The notes below the pieces were generated by a model. That model saw nothing but the letters and a program-made list of their open reading frames with translations. It was not told the origin of the DNA and ran no database searches. The translations under genes and the position numbers were made by a program. Positions 1 through 14,103 of a DNA stretch of 64,000 bases are shown here, piece by piece; the first letter of the stretch is position 1, and each line of letters opens with the position of its first letter. Origin of the DNA: Heptranchias perlo (Eukaryota); NCBI RefSeq assembly GCF_035084215.1, contig NC_090329.1:119660001-119724000 (forward strand). Reading direction: 5' to 3'.

Positions 1-1265
1 TGCCCTGGGGCTGAGATGATTGGGCTCCAACAACCACTACCATCTTCCTTTGTTCTAGGTATGACTCCAGCCACTGGAGAGTTTTCCCCCCGATTCCCAT
101 TGACTTCAATTTTACTAGGGCTCCTTGGTGCCACACTCGGTCAAATGCTGCCTTGATGTCAAGGGCAGTCACTCTCACCTCACCTCTGGAATTCAGCTCT
201 TTTGTCCATGTTTGGACCAAGGCTGTAATGAGGTCTGGAGCTGAGTGGTCCTGGCGGAACCCAAACTGAGCATCGGTGAGCAGGTTATTGGTGAGTAAGT
301 GCCACTTGATAGCACTGTCGACGACACCTTCCATCACTTTGCTGATGATTGAGAGTAGACTGATGGGGCGGTAATTGGCCGGATTGGATTTGTCCTGCTT
401 TTTGTGGACAGGACATATCTGGGCAATTTTCCACATTGTCGGGTAGATGCCAGTGTTGTAGCTGTGCTGGAACAGCTTGGCTAGAGGTGCAGCTAGTTCT
501 GGAGCACAAGTCTTCAGCTGGGATGTTGTCGGGGCCCATAGCCTTTGCTGTATCCAGTGCACTCAGCCGTTTCTTGATATCATGTGAAGTGAATCGAATT
601 GGCTGAAGACTGGCTTCTGTGATGGTGGGGATATCGGGAGGAGGCTGAGATGAATCATCCACTCGGCACTTCTGGCCGAAGATGGTTGCAAACGCTTTAG
701 CCTTGTCTTTTGCACTCACGTGCTGGACTCTGCCATCATTGAGGATGGGGATGTTCGCAGAGCCTCCTCCTCCCGTTAGTTGTTTAATTGTCCACCACCA
801 TTCACGACTGGATGTGGCAGGACTGCAGAGCTTTGATCTGATCCGTTGGTTGTGGAATCGCTTAGCTCTGTCTATAGCATGTTGCTTCCGCTGTTTAGCA
901 TGCATGTAGTCCTGTGTTGTAGCTTCACCAGGTTGGCACCTCATTTTTAGGTACACCTGGTGCTGCTCCTGGCATGCTCTTCTACACTTCTCATTGAACC
1001 AGGGTTGATCCCCTGGCTTGTTGGTAATGGTAGAGTGAGGAATATGCCAGGCCATGAGGTTACAGATTGTGCTGGAATACAATTCTACTGCTGCTGATGG
1101 CCCACAGCGCCTCATGAATGCCCAGTTTTGAGCTGCTGGATCTGTTTTGAATCTATCCCATCTGCACGGTGGCAGTGCCACACAACACGTTGGATGGTGT
1201 CCTCAGTGTGAAGATGGGACTTCGTCTCCACAAGGACTGTGCGGTGGTCACTCCTATCAATACTG
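1..1265 (-). mobile_element. Non-LTR retrotransposon ORF2 fragment (Jockey/CR1-superfamily, 'family A'), frameshifted, runs off the window start
   Basis: Minus-strand translation gives PWFNEKCRRAC...SSREWWWTIKQL...KAMGPDNIPA, then after a frameshift WKIAQICPVHKKQDKSNPANYRPISLLSIISKVME and ALDIKAAFDRVWH (RT N-terminal motifs). Near-identical to 21557-22125. Confidence 0.9.
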
Positions 1266-1332
1266 CATTGGTGAAGCTCTGACAGAATTCCCAGCCTATG
1301 AATTAATGAAGCTGCCGGGTGAGCCCGAACTT

Positions 1333-2240
1333 TAGAGTCATAGAGTCATACAGTCATAGAGTTATACAGCACAGATAGAGGCCCTTCGGCCCATCGTGTT
1401 CGCGCCGGCCATCAGCCCTGTCTACTCTAATCCCATATTCCAGCATTTGGTCCGTAGCCTTGTATGCTATGGCTTTTCAAGTACTCATCCAAATGCTTCT
1501 TGAATGTTGTGAGGGTTCCTGCCTCCACAACCCTTTCAGACAGTGAGTTCCAGACTCCAACCACCCTCTGGGTGAAAAAGTTCTTTCTCAAATCCCCTCT
1601 AAACCTCCCGCCTTTTACCTTGAATCTATGTCCCCTTGTTATAGAACCCTCAACGAAGGGAAAAAGCTGCTTAGTATCCATCCTATCTGTGCCCCTCATA
1701 ATTTTGTACACCTCAATCATGTCCCCCCTCAGCCTCCTCTGCTCCAAGGAAAACAAACCCAATCTTCCCAATCTCTCTTCATAGCTGAAGCGCTCCAGCC
1801 CTGGTAACATCCTGGTGAATCTCCTCTGCACCCTCTCCAAAGCGATCACATCCTTCCTGTAGTGTGGCGACCAGAACTGCACACAGTACTCCAGCTGTGG
1901 CCTAACCAGTGTTTTATACAGCTCCATCATAACCTCCTTGCTCTTATATTCTATGCCTCGGCTAATAAAGGCAAGTATCCCATATGCCTTCTTTACCACC
2001 TTATCTACCTGTTCCGCCGCCTTCAGGGATCTGTGAACTTGCACACCAAGATCCCTCTGACCCTCTGTCTTGCCTAGGGTCCTCCCATTCATTGTGTATT
2101 CCCTTGCCTTGTTAGTCCCTCCAAAGTGCATCACCTCGCACTTTTCCGGGTTAAATTCCATTTGCCACTGTTCCGCCCATCTGACCAACCCATCTATATC
2201 GTCCTGCAGACTGAGGCTATCCTCATCGCTATTTACCACC
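1333..2240 (-). mobile_element. CR1 LINE, 5'-truncated; RT C-terminus, 3' UTR and tail
   Basis: ORF 1427-2239: WQMEFNPEKCEVMHFG...LYKTLVRPQLEYCVQFWSP...FFTQRVVGVWNSL. (TAGAGTCA)n tail at 1333-1365. Confidence 0.95.
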
Positions 2241-2727
2241 CTTTCTCCAGCTGAACAATGGGTAAACAGGATCCATCCTTTTTAGCTCCCACCAGACGCT
2301 CCATCCACTTCCTGACTGCTTCCCCAGGCTGAATTAATGGTGCCTGAGTTCTATTACCCACATCCTCTCCATCGTTGAGTGCCACTTACTCAGCATCCCT
2401 GTCCTACGATGCATTGAAATCAGAATCCTTACCCTTGTTTACAAATCCCTCCATGGCCTCTCCTCACTCTGCCTCTGATTTATGTGGCCAGGTCTTTAGC
2501 TCGACTCACACCCGTTACCAGGAGAATGGGCTAGATATGATGGGAGAGTTGAAGGGGGGAATCACCACTCCACTCCCATCGGACACGAGCACCCGCTGGA
2601 TGTCAACCCAGTATTCAGAGACCCTATCCTTGTCTCCGTTCACCGGGGCCCCTTGGGTTAGGGAGAGGAGAAAAGTTCAACCAGGATTCTCACTCCTAAC
2701 CAATATTAAGTGTCCTACTGCTGGGAA

Positions 2728-2822
2728 GTGTGCGTGTGCACGCATGTGTGTGTGTGCCTGTGTGTGTATGTGGGTGTTGTATGTGGGTTTGTATGTGGGT
2801 GTGCATGTGGTTGTGTATGTGT
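2728..2822. repeat. Degenerate (GT)n microsatellite
   Basis: gtgtgcgtgtgcacgcatgtgtgtgtgtg...gtatgtgggt runs. Confidence 0.85.
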
Positions 2823-4344
2823 CGGCATTTGGTGAACACACTCTCAGGCATGACTTTAGTTCTACCCCCTGTGGTGAGTAACCTGCTCACACCCTACGTT
2901 TACCTGAATGAGATACTAGAGGATACCCAAGACCTGTCGATCAGTACCTCAGGAAAGATTCAGCGCTGGAAGGGCAGGAGGGAGAAAAAAGGGGGGGATA
3001 ATGTCCGGTACAAATGCAGGTATCCCAGGCCTTGCTCATTTGGAGTAATTGCCACTCACTTTAGTTTTAAAAATTGTAAACTATTTGGATGGTTCTTACT
3101 CTGCAATTCAGAACTTGAAGCAAGTTTGTGGTTTATCTTGTTCTTATTGATCATAAATCCTGCTCCTACCAGTGCTGACAGCTCTGATTAAGCCCCACGA
3201 ATGGGCAATTATTTCATCGTTATTAGTGTTCATCACATGACCTGCATCATGATTAAAGGAGTAAAGCTCCATAGTCCAAACAAATCTTCAGATCAGCCAG
3301 TTTGTTTCAGTCCGTTAAGTAATCCTTTGATGTGGTGCAATGGTACACCGATCACACCAAGAAGATGTAACATTACTGAACAGTTTAAACATTACCATGA
3401 AAGTGACTCATACCTCTAGTCTCACATGATGTACTGTCAACATTCACAGAGAATTGAAGGGGCTAGGGCTCTCCCGTTGCTCTCTGCTACACATTAAAGT
3501 CGAGTGCCTAGTTTGACCCATCCCTCTAAATTATAAGCTTTCTAATATCGGTTCATATTGTGGTCCTAGACCCTTCCTCAGAACTGTGCTCTTGGCCCAA
3601 GAGTCTGCATCTAAATCATGAACCTAACTTTTCTCTTTTCAGATGTTATTGGGCCTGTTGTGTACTTCCAGCATTTTGATTTCAGGTTTCCAGTTTTATA
3701 ACCCTCTTACATGGTTTTTGATCTTTCAATCTTTAAGACAAAGTTTAAAAAGACTAACTTACGTGGTTGGGAAATGTGATTGGTAGTTATGGGGGTAAGC
3801 GAGACCAAGATGGTATCATAGAACCATAAAAGTTTACAGTACAGAAGGAGGCCAGTCGGCCCATCGTGTCTGTGCTGGCCCTTTGCTAGAGCAAAATGTA
3901 AATGATCAAATTCACCATTAGATACAATGGCTGGTGCGCTAAGGGAAGGGAGCTTGCCGCCCCTACCCAGTCTGGCCTACAAATGACTCCAGTCCCACAC
4001 TACACGATTGGCTCTTAATGCCTTCCTAAAAGGCCGAGCAAACCACTCAGTTGTACAAACAATCATTACTGAAGATGAAGGCTCACCACCATCGGCTCAG
4101 GGGACGGGTAATAAATATGGCCACGCCAACATCGTCCAAGTTTGGAGAACTAATTAAAAAAAGAACATTTGTAAAGAAAAAAAGGCAGGTGAAGGTTCTG
4201 GTTACAGACCTGTTATCAGAATTAAACATTCTCCTGTCTTTTCTCTTATCAGATCCTGATGGACCTGTTGTTAATTTTTCAGCATCTCCCATTTCAAATA
4301 TTGTTCTTAACTCGTTTTACGATACAAACATGCAGGTTGTGACA

Positions 4345-4580
4345 CATAGAATCACAGAATGATACAGCACAGAAGGAGGCCATTCGGCCCATCGTGCCTG
4401 TGCTGGCTCTTTGAAAGAGCTGTCCAATTAGTCTCATTCCCCTGACCTTTTTCCATAGCCCTGCAAATTTTTCCCCTTCAAGTATTTATCCGATTCCCTT
4501 TTGAAAGTTACTATTGAATCTGTTTCCACCTCCCTTTCAGGGGTGCATTCCAGATCGTAACAACTCGCTGCCTAAAAAAA
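4345..4580 (-). mobile_element. CR1 3' end fragment
   Basis: acagcacagaaggaggccattcggcccatc...gctctttgaaagagc 3' UTR stem-loop shared with the other CR1 copies. Confidence 0.85.
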
Positions 4581-4764
4581 TGAAATCTAAAGTAATAAAA
4601 GTGTTGTAGGAGCATTAAAACTACATATGAACAAGCTGACTTAAAACTAACAGTTACTAATGTCTGTAGTACAGGAACATGTATACTCTGCAGTGGAATA
4701 GGGGACCTTGATCTTATTAAATCATCCAGCTTTCAACGAACTCTCTAATCTCTGTTCTGACCTG

Positions 4765-5860
4765 TGTAAGAACACTGGGGTCGATACTATGACAAGAATA
4801 TTCATCAAGGGCACCAGACCAATCCTTAACTCCTTCACCTTAACTCCTCGTCAAGGAACTGTCTGGGGTTTACCACCCAGTCTATGCCTAGCAGTTAATG
4901 ATGTCTAAATTTGGCTCACCGAACTGTCTTAAATCAACCAGTTCAGATTATATTAGCATTTAAACTACCAACCTCACATCAGGATCCGCACAAGCTACTG
5001 AGTGAACAAATTAACCCTTTCTTGCCAATTATCAAAGAAGTCAGACAACAAAGTCATGAGCTAACAATTGTTTATTAACCGTCGAAACATATTTGGCAGA
5101 AATTAAAATGAAATATTGAGTATGCCAGTAATTAGTAGATAGGGTTAATTGACAAAATAAATAACTGGTTACAAAGGCAGTTCAGTTATGTCACAGTAAT
5201 TCAGCATTAGCTAGTTACTGATTATAAATTTACAGTTGAGATCAGTGGCTGAGATTGATATAAATTGGTGAGATAAATTTCAGATTAGGTTCCTTAGGTT
5301 CATTAGATAGTCAGTCTATTCAATAGATTAAAATCCAGATGCTTGTAGCTAGCAATGTTTCCAGAATTTATACAATCCCGCCCTTATGAGCTGGCATGGA
5401 TGAACTGGTTGCCTTGCCTTTCCCTGGGAGGATGGTATTAACTTCTGAGATGTCAGGGTGATGAACCTCCATCTATAGAGGTGCTATCCATTCCCCCTGG
5501 ACCCTCTGCTCCTGATTATATTATCAGAAGCTTTATGGTTTCAGAGTAAACAAAACTTCCTAAATGCAGGTCCACATTATATGAGCCCACTCCACTGTTG
5601 CTTAGCCAATTGCAATTGTGAGATTAGCAAGCACTGTTACCATGGTGAGCAACCTCTGGCTGATCCTCGAGCATGACAAACTCCCTGGGTTAGATGCCAG
5701 CTACTGCACCGTGACTGACAGAGTGGGACCGGATTCTGTGGGAAAAGGTCGGACATTAGGTTCCAGTTTTCGGTCCCTCATTGTGTCAGGATGACCTCAT
5801 GTCTCTTTTGTCGCAGCTTGGAAGCTGCCACGTGACGCAGCAGTAGGCAAGGGAAAAGCA
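4765..5860 (-). mobile_element. Putative solo LTR (right boundary uncertain)
   Basis: Begins TGTAAG at 4765 after CCTG; a CA followed by CCTG occurs at 5859-5864 (possible 4-bp TSD). Minus-strand AATAAA near 5072 and TATA-like motif near 5580. Non-coding and single-copy in the window. Confidence 0.35.
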
Positions 5861-6152
5861 CCTGGAGGGCTGGGCCTTTGCCAGAATCTGGTTTTAGTTT
5901 TATGAACACGCATTAGCTCCATCAGCAATAAAGGTTTGGTGAGAGATAACTGTGTCAATGTGTACATTCAAAATAAACTGCACGACCAAATCAGACTCTT
6001 ATGAAGTTAACTTCCTAAACTGTGAACTGTTGCCAACTCTCAACAACCTCTCATTAGACCGATTTCTTCCCTCACAGCCTCCCCTAAACAATTTAAAGTG
6101 GTGAAAAGAGCCAGAATGAGTGCGCAAAGCCTGGAGGAAAACGAGGCTGATC

Positions 6153-6530
6153 CATAGAATCATACAGCACAGAAGGAGGCCATTCGGCCCATTGTGTCTG
6201 TGCCAGCTCTTTGAAAGAGCTATCCAATTAGTCCCACTTCCCCCATTCTTTCCCCATAGTCCTGTAAATTTCTCTTTTTAAAGTATTTATCCAATTCCCT
6301 TTTGAAAGTTATTATTGAATCTGCTTCCACCGCCCTTTTAGGCAGTGCATTCCAGATCATAACAACTTGCTGCGTAAAAAACATTTCTCCTCATTTCCAC
6401 TCTGGATTTTTTGCGAATTATCTTAAATCTGTGTCATCTGGTTACCGACCCTTTTGCAAATGGAAATAGTTTCTCCCTATCTACTCTAACAAAACCTCTC
6501 ATAATTTTGAACACCTCTATTAAATCTCAA
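6153..6530 (-). mobile_element. CR1 3' fragment
   Basis: Tail catagaatcatacagcacagaagg followed by decayed RT C-terminal sequence. Confidence 0.85.
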
Positions 6531-6744
6531 TTAAACTAATTGTGATGTTGCCATTCACCCATCCTGGTGGGATGGCTGAAAATCACCTGAAATGTTGTGA
6601 GCGTCTTGCAAAACAGTGACTGGAAACGAAAAGGGTAAAATGAAAACAAAACTGCGGAACTGTTGGAAACCTTGGAAAAGAAAGGTGGAAAATTTTGAGT
6701 CAGTCAGCACCTTCAGTGTGAGCACAGTTGTGGTTTCCATATTA

Positions 6745-7320
6745 TTAAAAGGATATAGAGGCACTGGAGAAAGTGCAAAAAAGATTTACTAGGATAATAC
6801 TAGAACTGAGAGGTTATACCTATCAGGAAAAATTGAACAAGCTGGGGCTCTTTTCTCTAGACCTGAGAAGCGGTGACCTGATAGAGGTCTTAAAAATGAT
6901 GAAGGGGTTCGATGGGGTAGACGTAGATAAGATGTTACCACTTGTGGGGGAGTCCAAAATTAGAGGCCATAAATATAAAATAGTCACTAATAAATCCAAT
7001 AAGGAATTCAGGAGAAACTCCTTTACCCAGAGAGTGGTTAGAATGTGGAACTCACTACCACAAAGATTGGGTGAGGCACAGACTCGGTGGGAAGAATGGC
7101 CTCCTTCTGTGCTGTAACCTTTCTACGATTCTATGATTCTATGAAATAGCATAGATACATTTAAAGGGAAGCTAGATAAGCACATGAGGGGGAAAGGAAT
7201 AGAAGGATATGCTGGTAGAAGAAGAGGGATGGGTGGAGGCTCATGTGGAGCTTAAACACTGGTATAGACCAGTTGGGCCAAAAGGCCTGTTTTTGTGCTG
7301 TACATTCTGTGTAATTCTAG
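6745..7320 (+). mobile_element. CR1 3' fragment with a second short CR1 tail nested at ~7070-7143
   Basis: QKRFTRIILELRGYTYQEKL...FTQRVVRMWNSLP; (TTCTATGA)n tail at ~7120-7143. Confidence 0.85.
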
Positions 7321-7809
7321 GTTCTGAGGCCCTGTCTTATCTCTGTGTACTTCCAGCATGTGTCTCTGTTTAACTCAAATATCCTTTGATCCCCCTGAAA
7401 CCTGGATTTGAACCCAGTCAGAGTAGGACGGTGAGCCATCAGGATTGCCCAGTTCTGCTGTTCAATTTTTATTCAATTTCCTTCTCCTATCTTTTTCTGA
7501 AGGTGCTCGCTGGTGCTGGGGTATGGTTTTATGGGCCTCCAGCACCTCCCTCACGTTGCTAATCTTCATGAGAGAGCCTCGGTATGAGTTACAGTCGGCT
7601 ATTCCACATGGGCACATCACAGCCAAGCCAGATCATGTCCCCAGCCGACATCCGCTTTCCAACTGGAGTGACTGACTGGCAATCAGGAGCAGGAAACTTG
7701 AGTAATTTTCCCCCCCTTTAGCCCAGGGGTGGTGAGGGAAACTGTAGAATTCCTGCTGCCATCACAACACCAACCAACTAATCAACAGGAGACCTACATT
7801 GGTTCTTAT

Positions 7810-8220
7810 TCCATCAATGCCTCCAATTTAAAATTCTCATCTTTCTGTTCAAATCCCTCCATGGCCTCACCCCTCCCTATCTCTGTAACCTCCTCCAGCC
7901 CTACAACCCTCTGAGATCTCTGCGTTCCCCCAACTCTGGTCCCTTACGCATCCCCTACTCCCGTCGCTCCACCATTGGCGGCTGTACCTTTAGCCATCCG
8001 GTCCCTAAGCTCTGGAATTCCTTCCCTTATCCTCTTTGCCTCTCCACCTCCTTTAAGATGCTCCTTAAAATCTTTGACCAAGCTTTTAGTCACCTGTCCT
8101 AATATCTCTTTATGTAGCTTGGCGTCAAATTTTGTTCGATAATCGCTCCTGTGAAGTGCCTTGGGACGTTTTACTACGTTGAAGGCACTATATAAATGCA
8201 AGTTGTTCTGTTGCTGTTGA
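7810..8220 (+). mobile_element. L2 LINE 3' fragment
   Basis: FKIL...KLWNS...LKT coding remnant and 3' end aaggcactatataaatgcaagttgtt. Confidence 0.85.
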
Positions 8221-8821
8221 AGCACTGTTTTCTGTGGTCTATTCTTTACCTGCTACACGAAGATATAAATGAGCAGTAGGGACGGTATGTGAAGGCTCAG
8301 CACTGACACAGACGGTCTATACATTACAGAACATTACACGACTCCACATAACAGCATCTGACAGATTAATGGGAAAGCTGAAGTAAAACCCTCAGCACTT
8401 TATATAACTTTGCTAGTGATCTGAAGACTTTTACAACTCCCCTTTCACCCTAAAATGGAAAGCCTTCAGTTTACCATCACGTTAATTTGAGTAATGGTGC
8501 TTGATCCTGCCATACGCCCCTTTCCTGCGATGATCTCGAACAGTGTATTGGAGAGAAGTGTGCTGCATTGCTAAATCAAACTCTCCATTTAGGGAAGTGT
8601 ATGCAGGCAGTCAAGGAGTGAATGTAAACGGAGCATGACAGAGGTGGAAGTGAGGAATTATGGGGAGTAAATAAAACGGTCATTTTAGGTCAGCACCAAG
8701 TCTACTGTAACTATAGTGATTGTTTTAAAGAAAAACTGTTCCTTTCATTTATTGTTCTAAAGGTATCATAGAATTGGAATATAATGCTTGAACCAGGGAT
8801 TTCCTTACAGAAAAGAGTTGC

Positions 8822-9470
8822 GCTTTCTCAACCAGCCCTGCCACTTTCAACGATTTGTGTACATATACCCCCAGATCTCTCTGTTCCTGTACCCCTTTTA
8901 GAATTGTGCCCTCTAGTTTATATTGCCTCTCCTCATTCTTCCTACTGAAATGCATCACTTTGCATTTTTCTGCATTAAATTTCATCTGCTACGTGTCCGC
9001 CCATTCCACCAGCCTGTCTATGTCCTCTTGAAGTCTATCACTATCCTCTTCACTGTTCACTACTCTTCCAAGTTTTGTGTCATCTGCAAATTTTGGAATT
9101 GTGCCATGTACACCCAAGTCCAAGTCATTAATATATATCAAGAAAAGCAGTGATCCCAGCACTGATCCCTGGGGAGCAGCACTGTACACCTCCCTCCAGT
9201 CCAAAAAACAACCGTTCACCACTACTCTCTGTTTCCTGTTACTTAGCCAATTTTGTATCCATGCTGCCATTGCCCCCTTTATTCCATGGGCTTCAATCTT
9301 GATGACAAGCCTATTATGCGGCACTTTATCAAATGCCTTTTGAAAGTCCATATACACCACATCAACTGCATTGCCCTCATCTACCCTCTCTGTTACCTCA
9401 TCAAAAAACACTATCAAGTTAGTTAAACACGATTTCCTTTAACAAATCCATGCTGGCTTACCCTAATCAA
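8822..9470 (-). mobile_element. CR1 RT core fragment
   Basis: [32 protein letters not shown] motifs. Confidence 0.95.
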
Positions 9471-9617
9471 ACACTAATATTGCTCGTATACAATATTCAG
9501 ATGCCAGGAGAAGCTTTATTACTGTAATGCTAGCACTGCGCTACCATTGTTTACATTCTTTACTTCTAAGTGGTTGTCTTCCCTTTTTCCCTGTTCTCTT
9601 TATCTGCAATCTCTGTT

Positions 9618-10740
9618 TCATAGAATCATGCACAGAAGGAGGCCATTCAACCCATTGTGCCTGTGCCAGCTCTTTGAAAGAGCTGTCTAATCAGTCCCTC
9701 TCCCATGTTCTTCCCCATAGCCCTACAATGTTTCCCTTTTCAAGTATTTATCCAATTTTGAAAGTTACTGCTTCCACCACCCTTTCAGGCAGTGCAATCC
9801 AGATCATAACAACTCACTGTATAAAAAAATTTCTCCTCATCTCCCATCTGGTTCTTTTGCAAATTATCTTAAAACTGTGTCCTCTGGTCATCGACCCTCC
9901 TGCCAATGGACAGTTTCTCATTAATCACTCTATCAAAACCCCTTGTAATTTTGAACACCTTTATTAAATCTCCCCTTAATCTTCTCTTTTCTAAAGTGAA
10001 CAACCCAAGCTTCTCTATTTTTTCCACACAACTGAAGTCCCTCATTCTTCGTATCATTCCGGTAAATCTCCTCTGCACCCAAAGCCTTGACATCCTTGCT
10101 AAAGTGTGGTGCCCAGAATTGGACACAACACTCCAGCTGAGACCTAACCAGTGTTTTAAAGAGGCTTAGCATAACTTCCTTGCTTTTGTACTCTATGCCT
10201 CTATTTACAAAGCCAAGGATCCCATATACTTTCATAAACAGCTTTCTAATTTGACCTGCTACCTTCAAAGATTTGTGTATGTGAACTCCCAGGTCTCTCT
10301 GTTCCTGCACCCCCTTTAAATTTGTATCATTTAGTTTATATTGCCTCTTCTCATTCTGCCACCCAAAATGTATCACTTCACACTTCTCTGCATTAAATTT
10401 CATCTGCCTTGTGTCTTCGCATTTCACCAGTCTGTCTATGTCCTCCTGAAGTCTGTTACTAACCTCCACATTGTTTACTACATTTCCGAGTTTCGTGTCA
10501 TCTGCAAACTTTGAAATTATACCCAAGTCCAGGTCATTAATATATATCAAAAAGAGCAGTGGTCCTAATACTGACCCCTGGGGAACACCACTGTATACCT
10601 CCCTCCAGTCTGAAAAACAACCGTTCACCACTACTCTCTGCTTTCTGTCCCTTAGCCTTTTTTCAAGCTGTCACTGCCCCTTTAATCCCACGGGCTTCAA
10701 TTTTGCTAACAAGTCTATTATGTGGCACTTTATCAAATGC
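9618..10740 (-). mobile_element. CR1 RT core to 3' end, frameshifted
   Basis: [35 protein letters not shown]; 3' tail at ~9618. Confidence 0.95.
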
Positions 10741-10959
10741 ATAATGTGCCACACACTTGTTATGACTTTTTACATTATTTCTATCTAGCACACCCGATTC
10801 CACCTGTTCGTACATTTTTTTCTTAAACCTTCAAATCCTTTACTTACTTTTTGCTCTGAGTTTCTGGGATCCATTTTAGAGGTGGGTCCAACATTGAAAA
10901 AAAATGGCCTCCAATCAATGAAAAACTAAAGGCAATTTTTTTTCAGTGAACCAACACCT

Positions 10960-11197
10960 TCTTTACTCAGAGAGTGGTGAGAATGTAGAACTCGCTACCA
11001 CAAGGAGTGGTTGAGGTGAATAGCATAGATGCGTTTAAGAGGTAGCGAGGTACATGAGGGAGAAAGGAATAGCAAGACATGTTGATAGGATGAGATGGTA
11101 AGGTGGGAGGTGGCTTGTGTGGAGCATAAACACCAACATAGACCTTTTGGGCCGAATGGCCTGTTTCTGTGCTGTAAATTCTATGTAATTCTATGTA
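10960..11197 (+). mobile_element. CR1 3' end fragment
   Basis: tttactcagagagtggtgagaatg...ttctatgtaattctatgta tail. Confidence 0.85.
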
Positions 11198-13569
11198 GGT
11201 CTCTGAAGATTGATAAAGATGTGTTGTAAAGGGGACCAGGCCAATCTAATTTTTCCTCAAACTCTGAGCTCTCAGGCTGACTGGGATTGAAAAGAAATGT
11301 TGAGCCGCATAGAAATGTTTGGAGCCGCTGGTTGATGAGAGCTCATACCTGAGATATAGCTCCATGTTGGTCTGTCTGTGGCTGCCATCTTGGATGGAAA
11401 ACTAAGAGACTATAGGAGGCAAACAAGAGAGGGAGCAAATACAGCAAAGAAATATTGTATTTAAAAATACAGCACAAAAAAAATCAATAGCTGCTGTTTC
11501 TCTTTGCTTCAGACATCCTTTCTGTCAGTGCAGTCTCTTTCTTATTTCTCTTTACCAGTCATTTGGTCATGTCGCTAAGTTGTGCACTCAGATCCCACAG
11601 CTGTGTAATGTCCCCTCTACTATTCAAAAACAGGATTGGGCAGACTTCACGGATTACTTGAGTTCTGCTCTTGTGGTTTAGCATGTCACTTGAACCCCCT
11701 TGACTGGACTATTGCCATAAGGTTCAGTTGGAGGCGTTCAGCAATCTCTGGCTAATAAATGTTATAAATAACTTCATGTGTATTTTTTCCTTCAATCATA
11801 TAATAAATAAAAGGAAATGATAAAATTCTAAACGGTGAAGTCAAAGGGACCATAAGAGGAGCTTTCTTTAGTCTGGTTGAGTAAAGGAACATGGAGGCTC
11901 AAAGTCTCATTGTGCAACATTAAGAATGAACGAGCTAATGTGGTTGTGTGAAATTCCTTCGTCTAATATCTTAGTGAAAGTGCTAATTCCCTTATTTTAA
12001 AATAGTGGAATAGAGGAATAAATTAACATGTTCATTACTATTCACAGAGCCAGCGCACATGTTGTGCGGCTCCTAGATTGAGCTCCAAGTGGGCTTTCAT
12101 CTCATTTTGCATTCACACCATATTTTTGTCTCAAATTAGCAATAGGAGGAATTTCACCCTCGCCGCCTCACATGCAATATAAATCCATCCATTGAACTCA
12201 ATGTTATGAAGATTGATCTATCCAGCACTGAGGGACAAAAAATAATGCAACACATTTCTGTCTCAGAGACGACTCCGGTTGGACGGTCCCAAAACTTTGA
12301 GCCATTTACCAAAATAATGGGTCTATAAACTATTATAAACTGTCATCACAATCTGAGAATACATCTGGAAACTGGAAACAAACGACTGCAGATTGTTACA
12401 CAGCTTGTAAAGGAATGCTCTCAACTGCTCAGCAATTGCCTGCCCTTTTGTCAAACGTAGATCTAATTTACACCATAAATGTCCAGGAGGAAGATGAAGT
12501 ATTTTTTTAATAGTTTTTTTCGCACTAAAAAGAAAAGAAAGGAAGATTTGAAATTATATAGCACCCTTTACGACCTCAGGATGTCCCAAAGCACTTCACT
12601 GCCAATGGAGTACTTTTTTGAAATATAGTCACTGTTGTAATGTAGGAAAATTAGGTTTACAAACTTAATGCCCTATTGCTACAGGGCAGTACTGAAGGAG
12701 TGTTGTGTTGTTAGAGGTGACGTCTTTCCAACAAGACTTTAAACCAAGGCCCTGTCGGATTGTTCAGTTTGATAATAAAGATGCCATGGCCGTATTTGAT
12801 GAGGGGAAGGACATCTCCTGCTGCCTTGGTCAACCAACACCAAATTCTCATTTGTTGTTTGTGGGATCTTGATGTGTGCAGGATGGTTGCCATATTTGCC
12901 TACGTAACAACAGTGACTGGTAGGAGACTCAATCAAACAACCTTCATAAAATTAATGACAAAGTGTAGTCCTGCCCACGAAGTAACTAAAGGAAGAAAAA
13001 GACAAGCGGGCGAGGCCAGTGTAATGTCTGTTTCCCTGTGGGACCAAGGATAAGGAACCACACTCTTCCTGCCTGTTTCTCTCTTTCCTCATCTTCTGCA
13101 GTTCCTTATTCCCATTTTCCTGAGCACGTGATTACAATCATTCCCTTCAGCACTGCCCTGCTATGTGGCAAGACTGACTAACAATGAGCCATCTGTCTGA
13201 TACACAGTCATATCAGCCGCACAAACTCATCACCAACAAGACTACCATTGTACATTGAATTAAAACCTTTGTTCTTTATCTTAAATAAGTTAGAAAAATA
13301 AATACCAGACTTTTTTCTTTTTGCGACATTTAAACAGAGATAACTTAATATGGCCGTTATACGACACAATGATGCACAGCAGTAGACTGATAGACAAGAA
13401 GACTGAAAGCCTCACTGATACAACCTGATATAATGGGTACTGAGCAAGCTGGGTACTCAGAAACCAGCTGTGCAGATTTTTGTAATCGTTCAGCAGACAA
13501 AATAGCTCCATTCTTTACGACAATTAAATTACAAATATCGTGGGGCCATATCCAATGGTGATCAGCTCT

Positions 13570-14103
13570 CTTGACCGGCCTCCCATCTTACACCCCCCGT
13601 AAACTTGAGCTCATCCAAAACTCTGCTGCCCGTTTCCTAACTCGTACCAAGTCCTGTTCACCCCTGTGTTCGCCGACCTACGTTGGTCTGACAATGCCTC
13701 GATTTTATAACTCTCATCCTTGTGTTCAAATCCCTCCATGACCTCACCCCTCCCTATCTCTGTAACCTCTTCCAGCACTACAACCCTCCGAGATTTCTGC
13801 TTTCCTTCAATTCTTGCCTCTTGCACATCCCCGATTTTAATCGCTCCACCACTGGCGGTCGTGCCTTCAGCTGCCTAGGTCCTAAGCTCTGGAATTCCCT
13901 CCCTAAACCTCTTCGCCTCTTTACCTCTCTCTCCTCCTATAAGATGTTCCTTAAAACCTACCTTTTTGGCCAAGCCTTTGGTCACCTGTCCTAATATCTC
14001 CTTATGTGGTTCGGTGTCAAATTTTGTTTCATAATGCTCCTGTGAAGCGCCTTGGGACATTTTACTAAATTAAAGGCCCTCTATAAATGCAAGTTGTTGT
14101 TGC
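13570..14103 (+). mobile_element. L2 LINE 3' fragment
   Basis: LELIQNSAAR...GGRAFSCLGPKLWNSLP...LKTYLF; (GTT)n tail. Confidence 0.9.

Noticed and set aside
1427-2239. 270-aa RT ORF as a functional gene
   Set aside because: 5'-truncated CR1 lacking the catalytic core and promoter; the other RT ORFs are likewise truncated or frameshifted.
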